64,000 bases of DNA, from assembly GCA_017453305.1 (NCBI GenBank), contig JAFTKJ010000011.1:3729-67728 (forward strand). Direction: 5' to 3'. The DNA comes from Clostridia bacterium. GTDB taxonomy: Bacteria > Bacillota > Clostridia > Oscillospirales > CAG-272. The notes under the pieces are model-generated. The model saw only the letters and a program-made list of their open reading frames with translations. It had not been told where the DNA came from and did no database searches. Made by a program: the position numbers and the translations under genes. This document shows, one piece after another, positions 8,230 through 17,072 of this stretch (position 1 is its first letter; the number at the start of each line of letters is the position of its first letter).

Positions 8230-10710
8230 TTACTTGTAGTTTTTGATCTGATTCCAGTTCTGACCCTCAAAGATGGGCAGCAGTTCAGCCACATCCTTGG
8301 AATCGTTGTTGAGGTATACGGGGATCTGACCGAGATTTGCCTTTGCAACCACGGTCTTGCCGCCCTCGATAACCTCACCCGTAAGCAGATCGGTCCAAGA
8401 ACCTGCAGGCAGGTAGACCTCGCGCTCGAAGGTATCCTTGGTCAAAATAGGAGCTACCAGCAAGCCCTCGCCAAGCATGAACTCGTCGATGAGATCCTGT
8501 ACGTTGACGTCGTCCATGTACTGCAGGATCAGGTGACGTACGGGAGGCATACCCGTGTCGCACGCGATCTTGGAATATTTCTGCATATAGGGGATCAGCT
8601 CGGTGTGCAGACGAGTAAAGTTACGGTAGATCTGCTTAACGTCCTCGGTCATCTCATATGCGTGACGAACGTCGCCATGCGTTTGCATCTGCGTCAGGAA
8701 CGCAGTAAATTCGGTTGCGCGAGCAAAGATTGCAGACTCATTCTCCAAACCAATGGTAAAGTAGTTGTTGCCGCAGTATGCGTAGCCAGCCATGTCAAAG
8801 GACATGTAAGGAAGACCGGAAAGACCGGAGTTTACCGTAGCCAGGAGCTGGTCATCCAACTTTGCATAGTCGCGTGCCTGGTCACCGGACCACATGTAGG
8901 GATTACGCTGAGATCCGATACCGCCGCCGCGGGTGAATACCATAAAGCCGTCCTTGAGGCCCTTTGCAGCCTTCAATTCGACCATCTTCTTATAGAATTT
9001 CGAAATGAAGTAAGGTGCGTATGCATGATGCTCGGTGCCTGCAACGATGCGATCGGGATTCTTCCACTTGTAGTGGGTCTTGGTAGATCCGATCTGGCGG
9101 TCGCCGTCGGGCATGCACTCGCAGAAGTCGATCTTAACGCCATCAATACCAATGTCGATCATCTCGCCCCAGATCTTGTCAAAGTACCACTCGCAAGCCT
9201 CGTCGCTGGTGATATCCAAATAGTCACCTGTTCTCATCACGCCGCTTCTGCGTCCTACGTCGGGGTTGTCGCCCGTACCAAGGATCCACGGGATGGCGGT
9301 GGTATTTTCGTTCACGGTTACGGTTCCGTCCTCGTTGGTGATTTCAACGTCTGCATGAACCTTGTACTCGTCCTTAAAGCCGATATCCTGAGAATCAACG
9401 CCACCTACACGAATGTAGACCATTGCCTTCATGCCGTGTGCGTGGAGCCATGCGCAGCCCTTCTTGAGGTCTTCCTTGTTTGCGCGGCTCTCGTCGCTAT
9501 CACGGAAGCATCCTGCCCAACCTCTGCCCTCCATGCTGGCAGCCTCGGGCTTCATATCCTCATTGATAAAGTTGGTCATAATGGTCTTGGTAGAAAGTCC
9601 GCCGGGGTTGTTCTTAGGACCTCTCTTGAAATACTTGCCTGCGTCGTTCTTGACATACTGCAGCTCGTACTTGCCGTTCTCCTCGTTAAAGAGGAAGAAG
9701 CGGTTGACAACAGCCTTTGCCTTGTCGGAGATCGCAGGATACGGAACGTAGCTCTCACCGCCGCTGACCACTGCGGTCAGAGCATCGCCAACGTTCTTTT
9801 GTTCAATATCAATATACTTGCCGTCGGCAACCACGTAGAGCTTTTCCCAGTCGGGATAGTCCTCAACCTTATCGGTGCATCTGTCACCCTCAAAATGCCA
9901 GTGGTCGGGACCATAACGGCAGATGTGCATGCCCTGCATCCAAGGAGTGGGCATGTATGCGTGACCGGTCAACTCGGTGTAACCCTGCAGAACGTCTGCC
10001 ATGCTACCCGTAGGATAGAAGTAGCAGTCCATATCGCCATAGCGGAGAGTGTATGCCCAAGCGTCAGCCTCTTCCTTTCCAAAATCGACCCATGCGGACT
10101 CGTTGCGGTTGATATACATACCGCCGCCGCGCGTGGTGAGGAACACAGGAAGAACCACGTAAGTAGTTGCAGAGTTGTTCCAACCGTCGCAGGTGTAAAG
10201 GTCGAATGCCGTGCCTCTCTTGTTGGCTACGTCAAGACGCTCACCGCCGCCGTAGATTGCCTCTTTTTCAACGAGCGTACCCTTCATTACGAGTCTGCCC
10301 TTTTCGTTGTATGCAACGCTTGTCAGCTCACTGATTACCTTGCCGTTTGCTGCGCAGAACTTCAAGGAGAAATCCTTGCCCAAAGAAAGAACTGCACTGG
10401 TACCCTTCTTTTCGGTTACGGTGACAGTATCCTTATCAGCGTTGACTGTAATCTTTTGTGCGCAATCCTTAACTTCCTCGTTCATAAAGCGAGCAAGTGC
10501 CTGTGCTGCACCCAAATGATCGAATTTGCCATCTTTGCTTGTCTGCAATCTCCAACCGTTCACACCCTCAAAGGTCAAACGGAAGCAGATCCCTTCTGCA
10601 TTGCTGAACTGCAATGCCTTTGCGGATTGAAGAACGTCCTTCACCGCTGCGCATTTGCAAACCTTGATCTCTTCGGTTTTGCAAGCTCTTTTGCAGGTTG
10701 CTTTTTCCAT
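8230..10710 (-). CDS. Glycoside hydrolase family 31 paralogue C (cytoplasmic, ~826 aa)
   Basis: IDGVKIDFCEC and MWSGDQ motifs. Collinear with A and B. Start at MEKATCK (ATG 10710, AAAGGATGA 8 nt upstream); the ORF is open to 10737 but has no SD there. Confidence 0.85.
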   Translation of the reverse strand: MEKATCKRACKTEEIKVCKCAAVKDVLQSAKALQFSNAEGICFRLTFEGVNGWRLQTSKDGKFDHLGAAQALARFMNEEVKDCAQKITVNADKDTVTVTEKKGTSAVLSLGKDFSLKFCAANGKVISELTSVAYNEKGRLVMKGTLVEKEAIYGGGERLDVANKRGTAFDLYTCDGWNNSATTYVVLPVFLTTRGGGMYINRNESAWVDFGKEEADAWAYTLRYGDMDCYFYPTGSMADVLQGYTELTGHAYMPTPWMQGMHICRYGPDHWHFEGDRCTDKVEDYPDWEKLYVVADGKYIDIEQKNVGDALTAVVSGGESYVPYPAISDKAKAVVNRFFLFNEENGKYELQYVKNDAGKYFKRGPKNNPGGLSTKTIMTNFINEDMKPEAASMEGRGWAGCFRDSDESRANKEDLKKGCAWLHAHGMKAMVYIRVGGVDSQDIGFKDEYKVHADVEITNEDGTVTVNENTTAIPWILGTGDNPDVGRRSGVMRTGDYLDITSDEACEWYFDKIWGEMIDIGIDGVKIDFCECMPDGDRQIGSTKTHYKWKNPDRIVAGTEHHAYAPYFISKFYKKMVELKAAKGLKDGFMVFTRGGGIGSQRNPYMWSGDQARDYAKLDDQLLATVNSGLSGLPYMSFDMAGYAYCGNNYFTIGLENESAIFARATEFTAFLTQMQTHGDVRHAYEMTEDVKQIYRNFTRLHTELIPYMQKYSKIACDTGMPPVRHLILQYMDDVNVQDLIDEFMLGEGLLVAPILTKDTFEREVYLPAGSWTDLLTGEVIEGGKTVVAKANLGQIPVYLNNDSKDVAELLPIFEGQNWNQIKNYK

Positions 10711-10784
10711 AGCTAAGTCATCCTTTTTTAATAACATATTTCCCCATACGGAGGATCAATATAGGCGTTCTGCCTACTGACCAC

Positions 10785-10813
10785 ATTTTACCATATAAAA
10801 GAGCTTTTGTCAA
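10785..10813 (-). promoter_or_regulatory. Sigma-A promoter of GH31-C (TTGACA-17-TAAAAT, TGn)
   Basis: Minus strand reads TTGACAaaagctcttttatatggTAAAAT. It lies about 68 nt upstream of ATG 10710. Confidence 0.6.
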
Positions 10814-10879
10814 TCAAAATCACAAAAAAAGAATTGTTTTTTTCACTTCTTTTTTTGTAGTTTTGTGCACTTGCAACAA

Positions 10880-10915
10880 ACAAAGAAAAGTGCCGCAGGA
10901 CAACGCCTGCGGCAC
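10880..10915 (-). terminator. Rho-independent terminator ending the 14-kb ABC/giant-protein operon
   Basis: On the minus strand a 10-bp GC-rich stem (GUGCCGCAGG / CCUGCGGCAC) with a 6-nt loop is followed by UUUUCUUUGUU. Confidence 0.75.
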
Positions 10916-10934
10916 TCGAGAGTATAAACTTGAA

Positions 10935-12116
10935 TTAGTTTGCAAGACCGGATTGCTCGATACCCTGTACCAGGAAGTTCTGACAGAAGGCATACAAGAC
11001 TACCAGAGGAGCAATGATCATCAAACCGCAGGTGTTACGAATTGCGGTTTCATACAATTGCTGTCCTGCGCCCGCCACATTCTTCAAGGATTCCGGAATC
11101 TCACCTACAAGGTCAACCAAAAGCTTGTTTGCATCCATCGTACCGGTATTGATCAACGAGATGTAGAAGTCGTCGGTCCACTGCCAGCAGAATGCGAACA
11201 GGAATACGGTTACCAGCATCGGGATAGACAAAGGCAGAATGATCTGAATGAAGGTACGGAACGTGCCGCAACCGTCCATGTATGCAGATTCTTCAAGTTC
11301 GTCGGGAATTCCACGGAAGAACTGACGGAGCAAGAAAATGTACAGACCGTTCTTGAATGCCAAACCGGTGATAGAGAGGATGATCAAAGGCAGGTAAGAG
11401 TTTGCAAGGTTCATACCGGTCTCCTTAAACTGAAGGAGAATCGGCTGACCGAACTCATCCTCACCCAACGGGATACCGTCGGGGAGTACGTTGATGCTGC
11501 TGAAGAAGTTTGCAACACCCTCGTTAATATCCTTGATGTTCCAATCGAAGATCTGGATTCCGCCACCCTTGAGCAGACGAACGATGCCAAGAATATCGAA
11601 GTTACGGAACTCCAGGTACATTGCATGCTGCAGAGTTTGGTGAGGAATGATCATGGTCAGCATTACCAAAAGGAATATCAGATTTCTGCCGCGGAATTTG
11701 AACTTTGCAAATCCGTAGCCGATCAAACTACAAATCAACATCTGCAGTATAGCAGTGGAGAACGAGAGGATAAAGGAGTTCAGCAACGCCTGAAGATATC
11801 CAAGCTCGGTAACGATACCCTTATAGATATCAAACGAGAAGTGCTTCGGAATCAAACGAACGGTAACGTCGATGAAGTCCTGAGGCGCCATCACGGAGCT
11901 CGTAATCTTGGATACGAAGGGGAAAATAACGATGTAGGAGATACCTACCATCAGCACGAAACGGAAGATGGCAAGTGCAACCTTTTGAAGGAAGTAGAAA
12001 GACAGGAACTTTGCCTTCAATCTTTCCTTTAAGGGCGTACGGTCAAACTCAACGCGGATCTTATTCTTTGTTTCGCGCTTGATCGCAGGCTTCTTTTCAG
12101 TATTTTGTGCGTTCAT
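10935..12116 (-). CDS. Carbohydrate ABC transporter permease (MalG-like, 393 aa) with a ~50-60-aa extracytoplasmic insertion
   Basis: EAA loop EESAYMDGCGTFRTFIQIILPL and multiple TM helices. AGGAGGAG lies 5 nt upstream of ATG 12116. The unusually long loop spans aa ~160-240. Confidence 0.85.
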   Translation of the reverse strand: MNAQNTEKKPAIKRETKNKIRVEFDRTPLKERLKAKFLSFYFLQKVALAIFRFVLMVGISYIVIFPFVSKITSSVMAPQDFIDVTVRLIPKHFSFDIYKGIVTELGYLQALLNSFILSFSTAILQMLICSLIGYGFAKFKFRGRNLIFLLVMLTMIIPHQTLQHAMYLEFRNFDILGIVRLLKGGGIQIFDWNIKDINEGVANFFSSINVLPDGIPLGEDEFGQPILLQFKETGMNLANSYLPLIILSITGLAFKNGLYIFLLRQFFRGIPDELEESAYMDGCGTFRTFIQIILPLSIPMLVTVFLFAFCWQWTDDFYISLINTGTMDANKLLVDLVGEIPESLKNVAGAGQQLYETAIRNTCGLMIIAPLVVLYAFCQNFLVQGIEQSGLAN

Positions 12117-12132
12117 GTTTTCTCCTCCTTTC

Positions 12133-13113
12133 TTAGTCGTTCTTACGCTGATAGAAGACGAATCCGGACATGATCGCTGCGATTACGGCAACGATTGCAA
12201 TAACGATGGCGAAGTAGATCCATGCCATTGCGGTACTGACCTCCTGAGAGGACTCGGTATAAGCCTTTTGTACGTATACCATGACCGGGTTACTCTCGGT
12301 GGTAAACGAGTCGATGACCGTGTATACGGCGTTAACCAAAATCATCGGAGTGATCATCGGGAAGGTGATCTTCCAGAAGGTTTCCCATGCGGTAGCACCG
12401 TCGATCTTACAGGACTCGTAAATTGCGGGAGAAATGGACTGCAGAGCAGCCAGGAAGATCAGCATCTGTACACCGGAACGGTTAACGATATCAAAGATGT
12501 TGTTAACCATGTCGGCAACGTAGACAACAAGCTCGGAACCGACCTTCATATTTGCAAACAGAATCTGCAGGTCCATTGCCGATACAAGGTCTCCTGCGCT
12601 TGCGCCGCCTTCACCCAAATCGATTTCTTCCTCCATCTGATCCATCAACACGTCCATGGAGGCAATGCTCTCCATAATACCGGTGGAAAGAATAACGGGG
12701 ATGAAGAAAATGGAACGGAACACTGCTCTACCCATCATCTTCTGGTTCAGCATAACTGCCATGAAGAGTGAGAAGATCAGAATTGCGGGAATATCGATTG
12801 CCAAGGTACCAAGACCGGAAACCAGAATTTGCGCATAATCCGTATCTTCAAACAGCGCTGCGCTGTAGTTGGTCCAGCCGGTCCATACCAAATCGTATGA
12901 ACCGCTGGCACCACCAATCACGATCGTGCTGAAGCTGATTTGAATCGACTGCCAGATCATGGGAAGGTAGATCAGTACAAAACCAATCAAAAACGGAAGA
13001 ACAAAGAACCAACCGGCACGCGCCTTGCGGCGGTCAAGAGAGACAATCTTCTTTCTGCGCTTCGGCGCCGTTTTTTCAGCAGCCGATGCATTCATTTTTA
13101 CATCTTTTGTCAT
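12133..13113 (-). CDS. Carbohydrate ABC transporter permease (MalF-like, 326 aa)
   Basis: Six TM helices with the typical N-terminus RRKARAGWFFVLPFLIGFVLIY. EAA-like region ESCKIDGATAWETFWKITFPMI. GAGGAGGA lies upstream of the ATG. Confidence 0.85.
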   Translation of the reverse strand: MTKDVKMNASAAEKTAPKRRKKIVSLDRRKARAGWFFVLPFLIGFVLIYLPMIWQSIQISFSTIVIGGASGSYDLVWTGWTNYSAALFEDTDYAQILVSGLGTLAIDIPAILIFSLFMAVMLNQKMMGRAVFRSIFFIPVILSTGIMESIASMDVLMDQMEEEIDLGEGGASAGDLVSAMDLQILFANMKVGSELVVYVADMVNNIFDIVNRSGVQMLIFLAALQSISPAIYESCKIDGATAWETFWKITFPMITPMILVNAVYTVIDSFTTESNPVMVYVQKAYTESSQEVSTAMAWIYFAIVIAIVAVIAAIMSGFVFYQRKND

Positions 13114-13130
13114 AAAGCATTGTCCTCCTC

Positions 13131-16100
13131 TCAGTTATTCTCGTACATAATGATGATGTAACCGCCGCTGGGCACAGTGTACAATACACCGTTGTAGGTT
13201 ACGCGAACTGCATAGCTGTTGTAGTTCAGAATGATGCTCTTATAAGGCGTCTTTGCAAAGGTGTCGGGATCGCGGTCACCGTAGGTAACAACTGCGATCT
13301 GGTTGTTGTTGACTGCACCAAAGCCGGATTCATCCTCAGAATCATCCTCTTCGTCACTGCCGCCAACCTGAACCTGTGCCAGGATCTGCTCCTTGGAGAA
13401 CAGCGTGCAAGCTGCCATAAGATCGGTATAAACCTGCTCGGAATATGCCTGACCTGCGTGCTTTCCGCCTTCTGCGAAGCTCGTCTTAAAGGCTTGGGTA
13501 ATCGACTTCATCGCCTCGTCCAAGAAGTAAGAAGAGCTTTCGGGATTCAGGAAATCGTAACCCTGTTCAGGATCGAAGTAATAAGAACTCTCGCTTTGAA
13601 TACGGGCAACGTACTTCATAGCCTCCGTATGAGCTGCTTCCATCTGAGCCACCAGCTTTGCTCTGGTCTCTTCATCGTTGTTGTAGACTTCAGTGGTCTT
13701 CACCAGCTCGATTGCTGCTACCATAGCTGCAACGGTCTCATCTGCCTGCTGCTGCAGGTATCTGATATCCTCGGAGAGCTGAGCCAGCTTTGCAGACTTT
13801 GCGCGGAGAGAAGACAGCTGGAGAGATACCATGTCGATGGAGTCCTTATACATTGCATCGGAACCGAACACTTCGGGATCAATAAGCGCAAAGTCGGTAA
13901 CAACTTGGTCGATAGCAGATCCAAAGCTTACCTGCTCGGAAAATGCCATGTAGTTGGTATCCACAGCAGAGTTTGCTTCCTGAAGCTGGGTCAAGAAGTT
14001 CTTCATCGTTTCTTCTGCATGGTAGAGCAAGCTCCATGCGTTTGCAACGGAGATAACGTCCTCGGTTTCGGAATCCTGCTGGAGCTGATCCTCATCCTTG
14101 ATTGCGTTCTCCAAGCGATCGGCAATATCTGCCTCCAGCTCGTCAAGGTCGAGTACACGCTCGCCTACCAGGAATTCGTGATCGATGATCAGCTTATCCT
14201 GTACGTCGTGCAATACGTTGTTCAGCTCATTGTAGTACTTAGCAACGTCCTCAAGCCAAATATCATAACGGATGGAGTAGTACTGACTGAGGTAAAAATC
14301 CTCCTTCAACTCCGTGGTGTTCTGATAAGAGAGAATGAAGTAGATGCTGGAACCGTTTTCGATTGCTCTCAGGAGAGCGTAGTTTGCGTTACCCTCTTCG
14401 TTCAAAGGAGTGCCTGCAAACTGAACGTAGCCGTGCAGAACTGCGCCGATGAAAGGAACGGTTGCGCTTGCCTCCAGATAGCGGCTGGAGTCAAGGTCTA
14501 CGTTAAGAATGTGATCTACATACTTCCAGGTATAAGCGTTTCCACCCTCAACCATCAGGCTGTAGCCTGCATTCTTGATGTCCTCAAGTGCCTCGGTAGT
14601 GTACTCCTTGCTCTCCTCGCGGTTGTACATATCCTCTTCATCGAAGTCGGAGTTCAATGCATTACCGAGAGTTGCAACAGACATCGAGTTTACACCGTAT
14701 TCCTTGTAGTTTTCAAGGAGCTTAGTATAGAACTTACTGAAGCGAGAAGGCGAAATTGCCAACTGATAGAAGGATACGAAGGTCTGCTGGGTTGCGCTAT
14801 ACGAACGGAAGGAGGTATAGCGGTTGTCGATGGTCTTAACTGCGTCATCGCGCAATACAAAATCATCAAACAAATCGTTTACTTCGGAGTAAGCGAAGTT
14901 AAAGTCGGGATACAATCCCAGGTGAGAGCCGTCTGCCAGCCCGTTGATGCGATTTGCCTCAGCAGCAAGAGCATGGAAGCCCTCCTTGCCGCCTACCTTC
15001 TTTTCCCACTTCAGGGCAGAAGGCATGGTAGCGTACATACCGCCGTTTGCAAAACCGGTCATCTTAAAGTTGATGTTCTTAACGTCATAATCGCCCAACT
15101 CGTTGTACATCGTCAACAGATTTTCAAACGTCGTCAGGGGAGTCATGACCCATACGGGAATGGTTGCAATGCTTTCCTGCGTTTCAAGGGCACCGAATAC
15201 CTCGATGTAAAGCGGAATATCGTCCTTGATTCTTTCTTTCAGTGCAGTATTGGAAAGAACACCCGTGGTGCACAGATAATCGCGATACGCCTCTGCCATA
15301 CCCAGCCAGGAAGCGGAGTAATGCTTGTGCGTATGCTCGCCCTCTGCTGCGTTCTCAAGGTTTGCGTCATCGCAAAGCAGGACGTAGCGGAGCGTAAAGC
15401 TGCCCGTGTACTTTCTATCCGACTGGATATTTACGTTTTTGCTCGAGCTTGCAGAGATCGCGTCGGACAAATCGTAGCTATCGTGAGGCTTCGGATTGAA
15501 GTAGGGGTATACAGTGCTGTAGTTGTGCAATGCACCGCCGTGATACAGCTGGAATCTGGTAAAGGAATCTGCTTCCTCAACCATTGCCACGTATGCACGC
15601 TTAGAAACGGTCAGAGTATCTGCGATATTTCCGGAAAGGAGGGTTGCACCCATCGTTTCCAGCTCCTCCTCGATCTGCTCAAGGGTCTTGACCGAGTTGG
15701 ACATGCGAACCGTGATCGGTTCGGATTGCTCACCGGTCTCGGGATCGGGAGCAGTGTAGGTGTACTCATAGAAGATCTCGCTGCTCACTGCACCGTAAAC
15801 GGGATAGCGAACAACCTTTTGGAACTTGAGTCCCAGCAATTGGTGATAAGCGAAGTCCTCACCGTAAACATAGCCCAAAAGCTTTTCGGTGGAGGTGCCC
15901 AGCTGTGCGTGATCAAACAACGCACCGGAGCCATCCGGGAAGAAGGTGTAGCTTGTGGAAACATCCTCTACCAGGTTTCCGTTATCATCCAGATAGGAGT
16001 AGTTGAAGCCTGCGTTTTTGTAGTTACTTGCTCCCATGTAAGGAAGGATAGACAGGTTCTCCAGGGTGTAGGAGGACATATCGTAACGCAGACCGTTACA

Positions 16101-17051
16101 AGGCAGACGAACGGAAAGACCGTTTTCGTCCATGTAGTACTCCAATGCCATCTTGAACACGGGGTACTTTTCGTCCTCTGCTTCATAACCAACGGCTTCG
16201 TGGTCAAGGTCCAGCTGCTCAAAGGTGTACTCGGGGCAGTACATCTTGATCCACTCTTCACGCTTGATCATGTCACTCATACTGATCATGTTGCTCAGAT
16301 ACTGATAAATGACAGGATACACGGTTTTGCCGTTCTCATCGATGTAGAACTCACCCAAAATAGGGTACTTCTTGGTAAACTCGATTCTCTGGAGCATACT
16401 CATATTGTTGGGGTCGATCTTCTGCCATGCATTGATGAACCAATCGTAGTCGAATTGCTCCAATTCGCCGCGCTCAACAACTTCTCTGATTTTAGAAAGG
16501 ATGTTAGGCTCGAAGCTATCTTCCAAAATCAATCTCGGAATCAGCTTTCTGCCGTCCTCACGACCGATGGTGTACTCAACGCGCACACCGCCCTTGATCA
16601 ATTGAACCTTGAGCTGGTCGTTCAGTGCTGCATCCTTGTAGCTGTACAGATTCTTGGAGGTACCGGTGTTATCCTTGTACGCTACAATGATCTGAGACAG
16701 CAGCTCTTGCTTGGTGGATTCACTACCCTTGGACGCAGCAACGTCATAAGGGTTGGAGAACAGGATATTTTCAGTGGGATTGCCCTCTGCATCAGTCTCC
16801 ACGTAAGCAACTTCACCGCTCTTAACGTCTACCCACAGCTGGAAGTTACCAAAGGTACGCATCGGCTGCATGGTAGCAAGCTTTTCCTGCGGGTTGTTGT
16901 AAACTTGAGTAACGTATTTTTCAATCGGAACGCTCACGGTCTCCGTGGTGGTTTCATCTGCCGAGACCTGCACCGTTAACAGTGCCGTGAACATGCCAAG
17001 CACCATTGTGACAGCTAAGAGTGTCGAAAGTATGCGTTTTGTTAATTTCAT
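13131..17051 (-). CDS. Exported 1306-aa protein of unknown function (signal peptide, large mixed alpha/beta core, ~270-aa helical region, acidic linker, small beta-rich C-terminal domain)
   Basis: N-terminus MKLTKRILSTLLAVTMVLGMFTALLTVQVSA/DE. AGGAGG lies 7 nt upstream. No LPXTG motif, lipobox, SLH or dockerin is seen. It may correspond to what some annotations call a DUF5696-type protein; this is from memory and unverified. Confidence 0.8.
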   Translation of the reverse strand: MKLTKRILSTLLAVTMVLGMFTALLTVQVSADETTTETVSVPIEKYVTQVYNNPQEKLATMQPMRTFGNFQLWVDVKSGEVAYVETDAEGNPTENILFSNPYDVAASKGSESTKQELLSQIIVAYKDNTGTSKNLYSYKDAALNDQLKVQLIKGGVRVEYTIGREDGRKLIPRLILEDSFEPNILSKIREVVERGELEQFDYDWFINAWQKIDPNNMSMLQRIEFTKKYPILGEFYIDENGKTVYPVIYQYLSNMISMSDMIKREEWIKMYCPEYTFEQLDLDHEAVGYEAEDEKYPVFKMALEYYMDENGLSVRLPCNGLRYDMSSYTLENLSILPYMGASNYKNAGFNYSYLDDNGNLVEDVSTSYTFFPDGSGALFDHAQLGTSTEKLLGYVYGEDFAYHQLLGLKFQKVVRYPVYGAVSSEIFYEYTYTAPDPETGEQSEPITVRMSNSVKTLEQIEEELETMGATLLSGNIADTLTVSKRAYVAMVEEADSFTRFQLYHGGALHNYSTVYPYFNPKPHDSYDLSDAISASSSKNVNIQSDRKYTGSFTLRYVLLCDDANLENAAEGEHTHKHYSASWLGMAEAYRDYLCTTGVLSNTALKERIKDDIPLYIEVFGALETQESIATIPVWVMTPLTTFENLLTMYNELGDYDVKNINFKMTGFANGGMYATMPSALKWEKKVGGKEGFHALAAEANRINGLADGSHLGLYPDFNFAYSEVNDLFDDFVLRDDAVKTIDNRYTSFRSYSATQQTFVSFYQLAISPSRFSKFYTKLLENYKEYGVNSMSVATLGNALNSDFDEEDMYNREESKEYTTEALEDIKNAGYSLMVEGGNAYTWKYVDHILNVDLDSSRYLEASATVPFIGAVLHGYVQFAGTPLNEEGNANYALLRAIENGSSIYFILSYQNTTELKEDFYLSQYYSIRYDIWLEDVAKYYNELNNVLHDVQDKLIIDHEFLVGERVLDLDELEADIADRLENAIKDEDQLQQDSETEDVISVANAWSLLYHAEETMKNFLTQLQEANSAVDTNYMAFSEQVSFGSAIDQVVTDFALIDPEVFGSDAMYKDSIDMVSLQLSSLRAKSAKLAQLSEDIRYLQQQADETVAAMVAAIELVKTTEVYNNDEETRAKLVAQMEAAHTEAMKYVARIQSESSYYFDPEQGYDFLNPESSSYFLDEAMKSITQAFKTSFAEGGKHAGQAYSEQVYTDLMAACTLFSKEQILAQVQVGGSDEEDDSEDESGFGAVNNNQIAVVTYGDRDPDTFAKTPYKSIILNYNSYAVRVTYNGVLYTVPSGGYIIIMYENN

Positions 17052-17072
17052 TTCTAAACCTCCTATCTGCCT

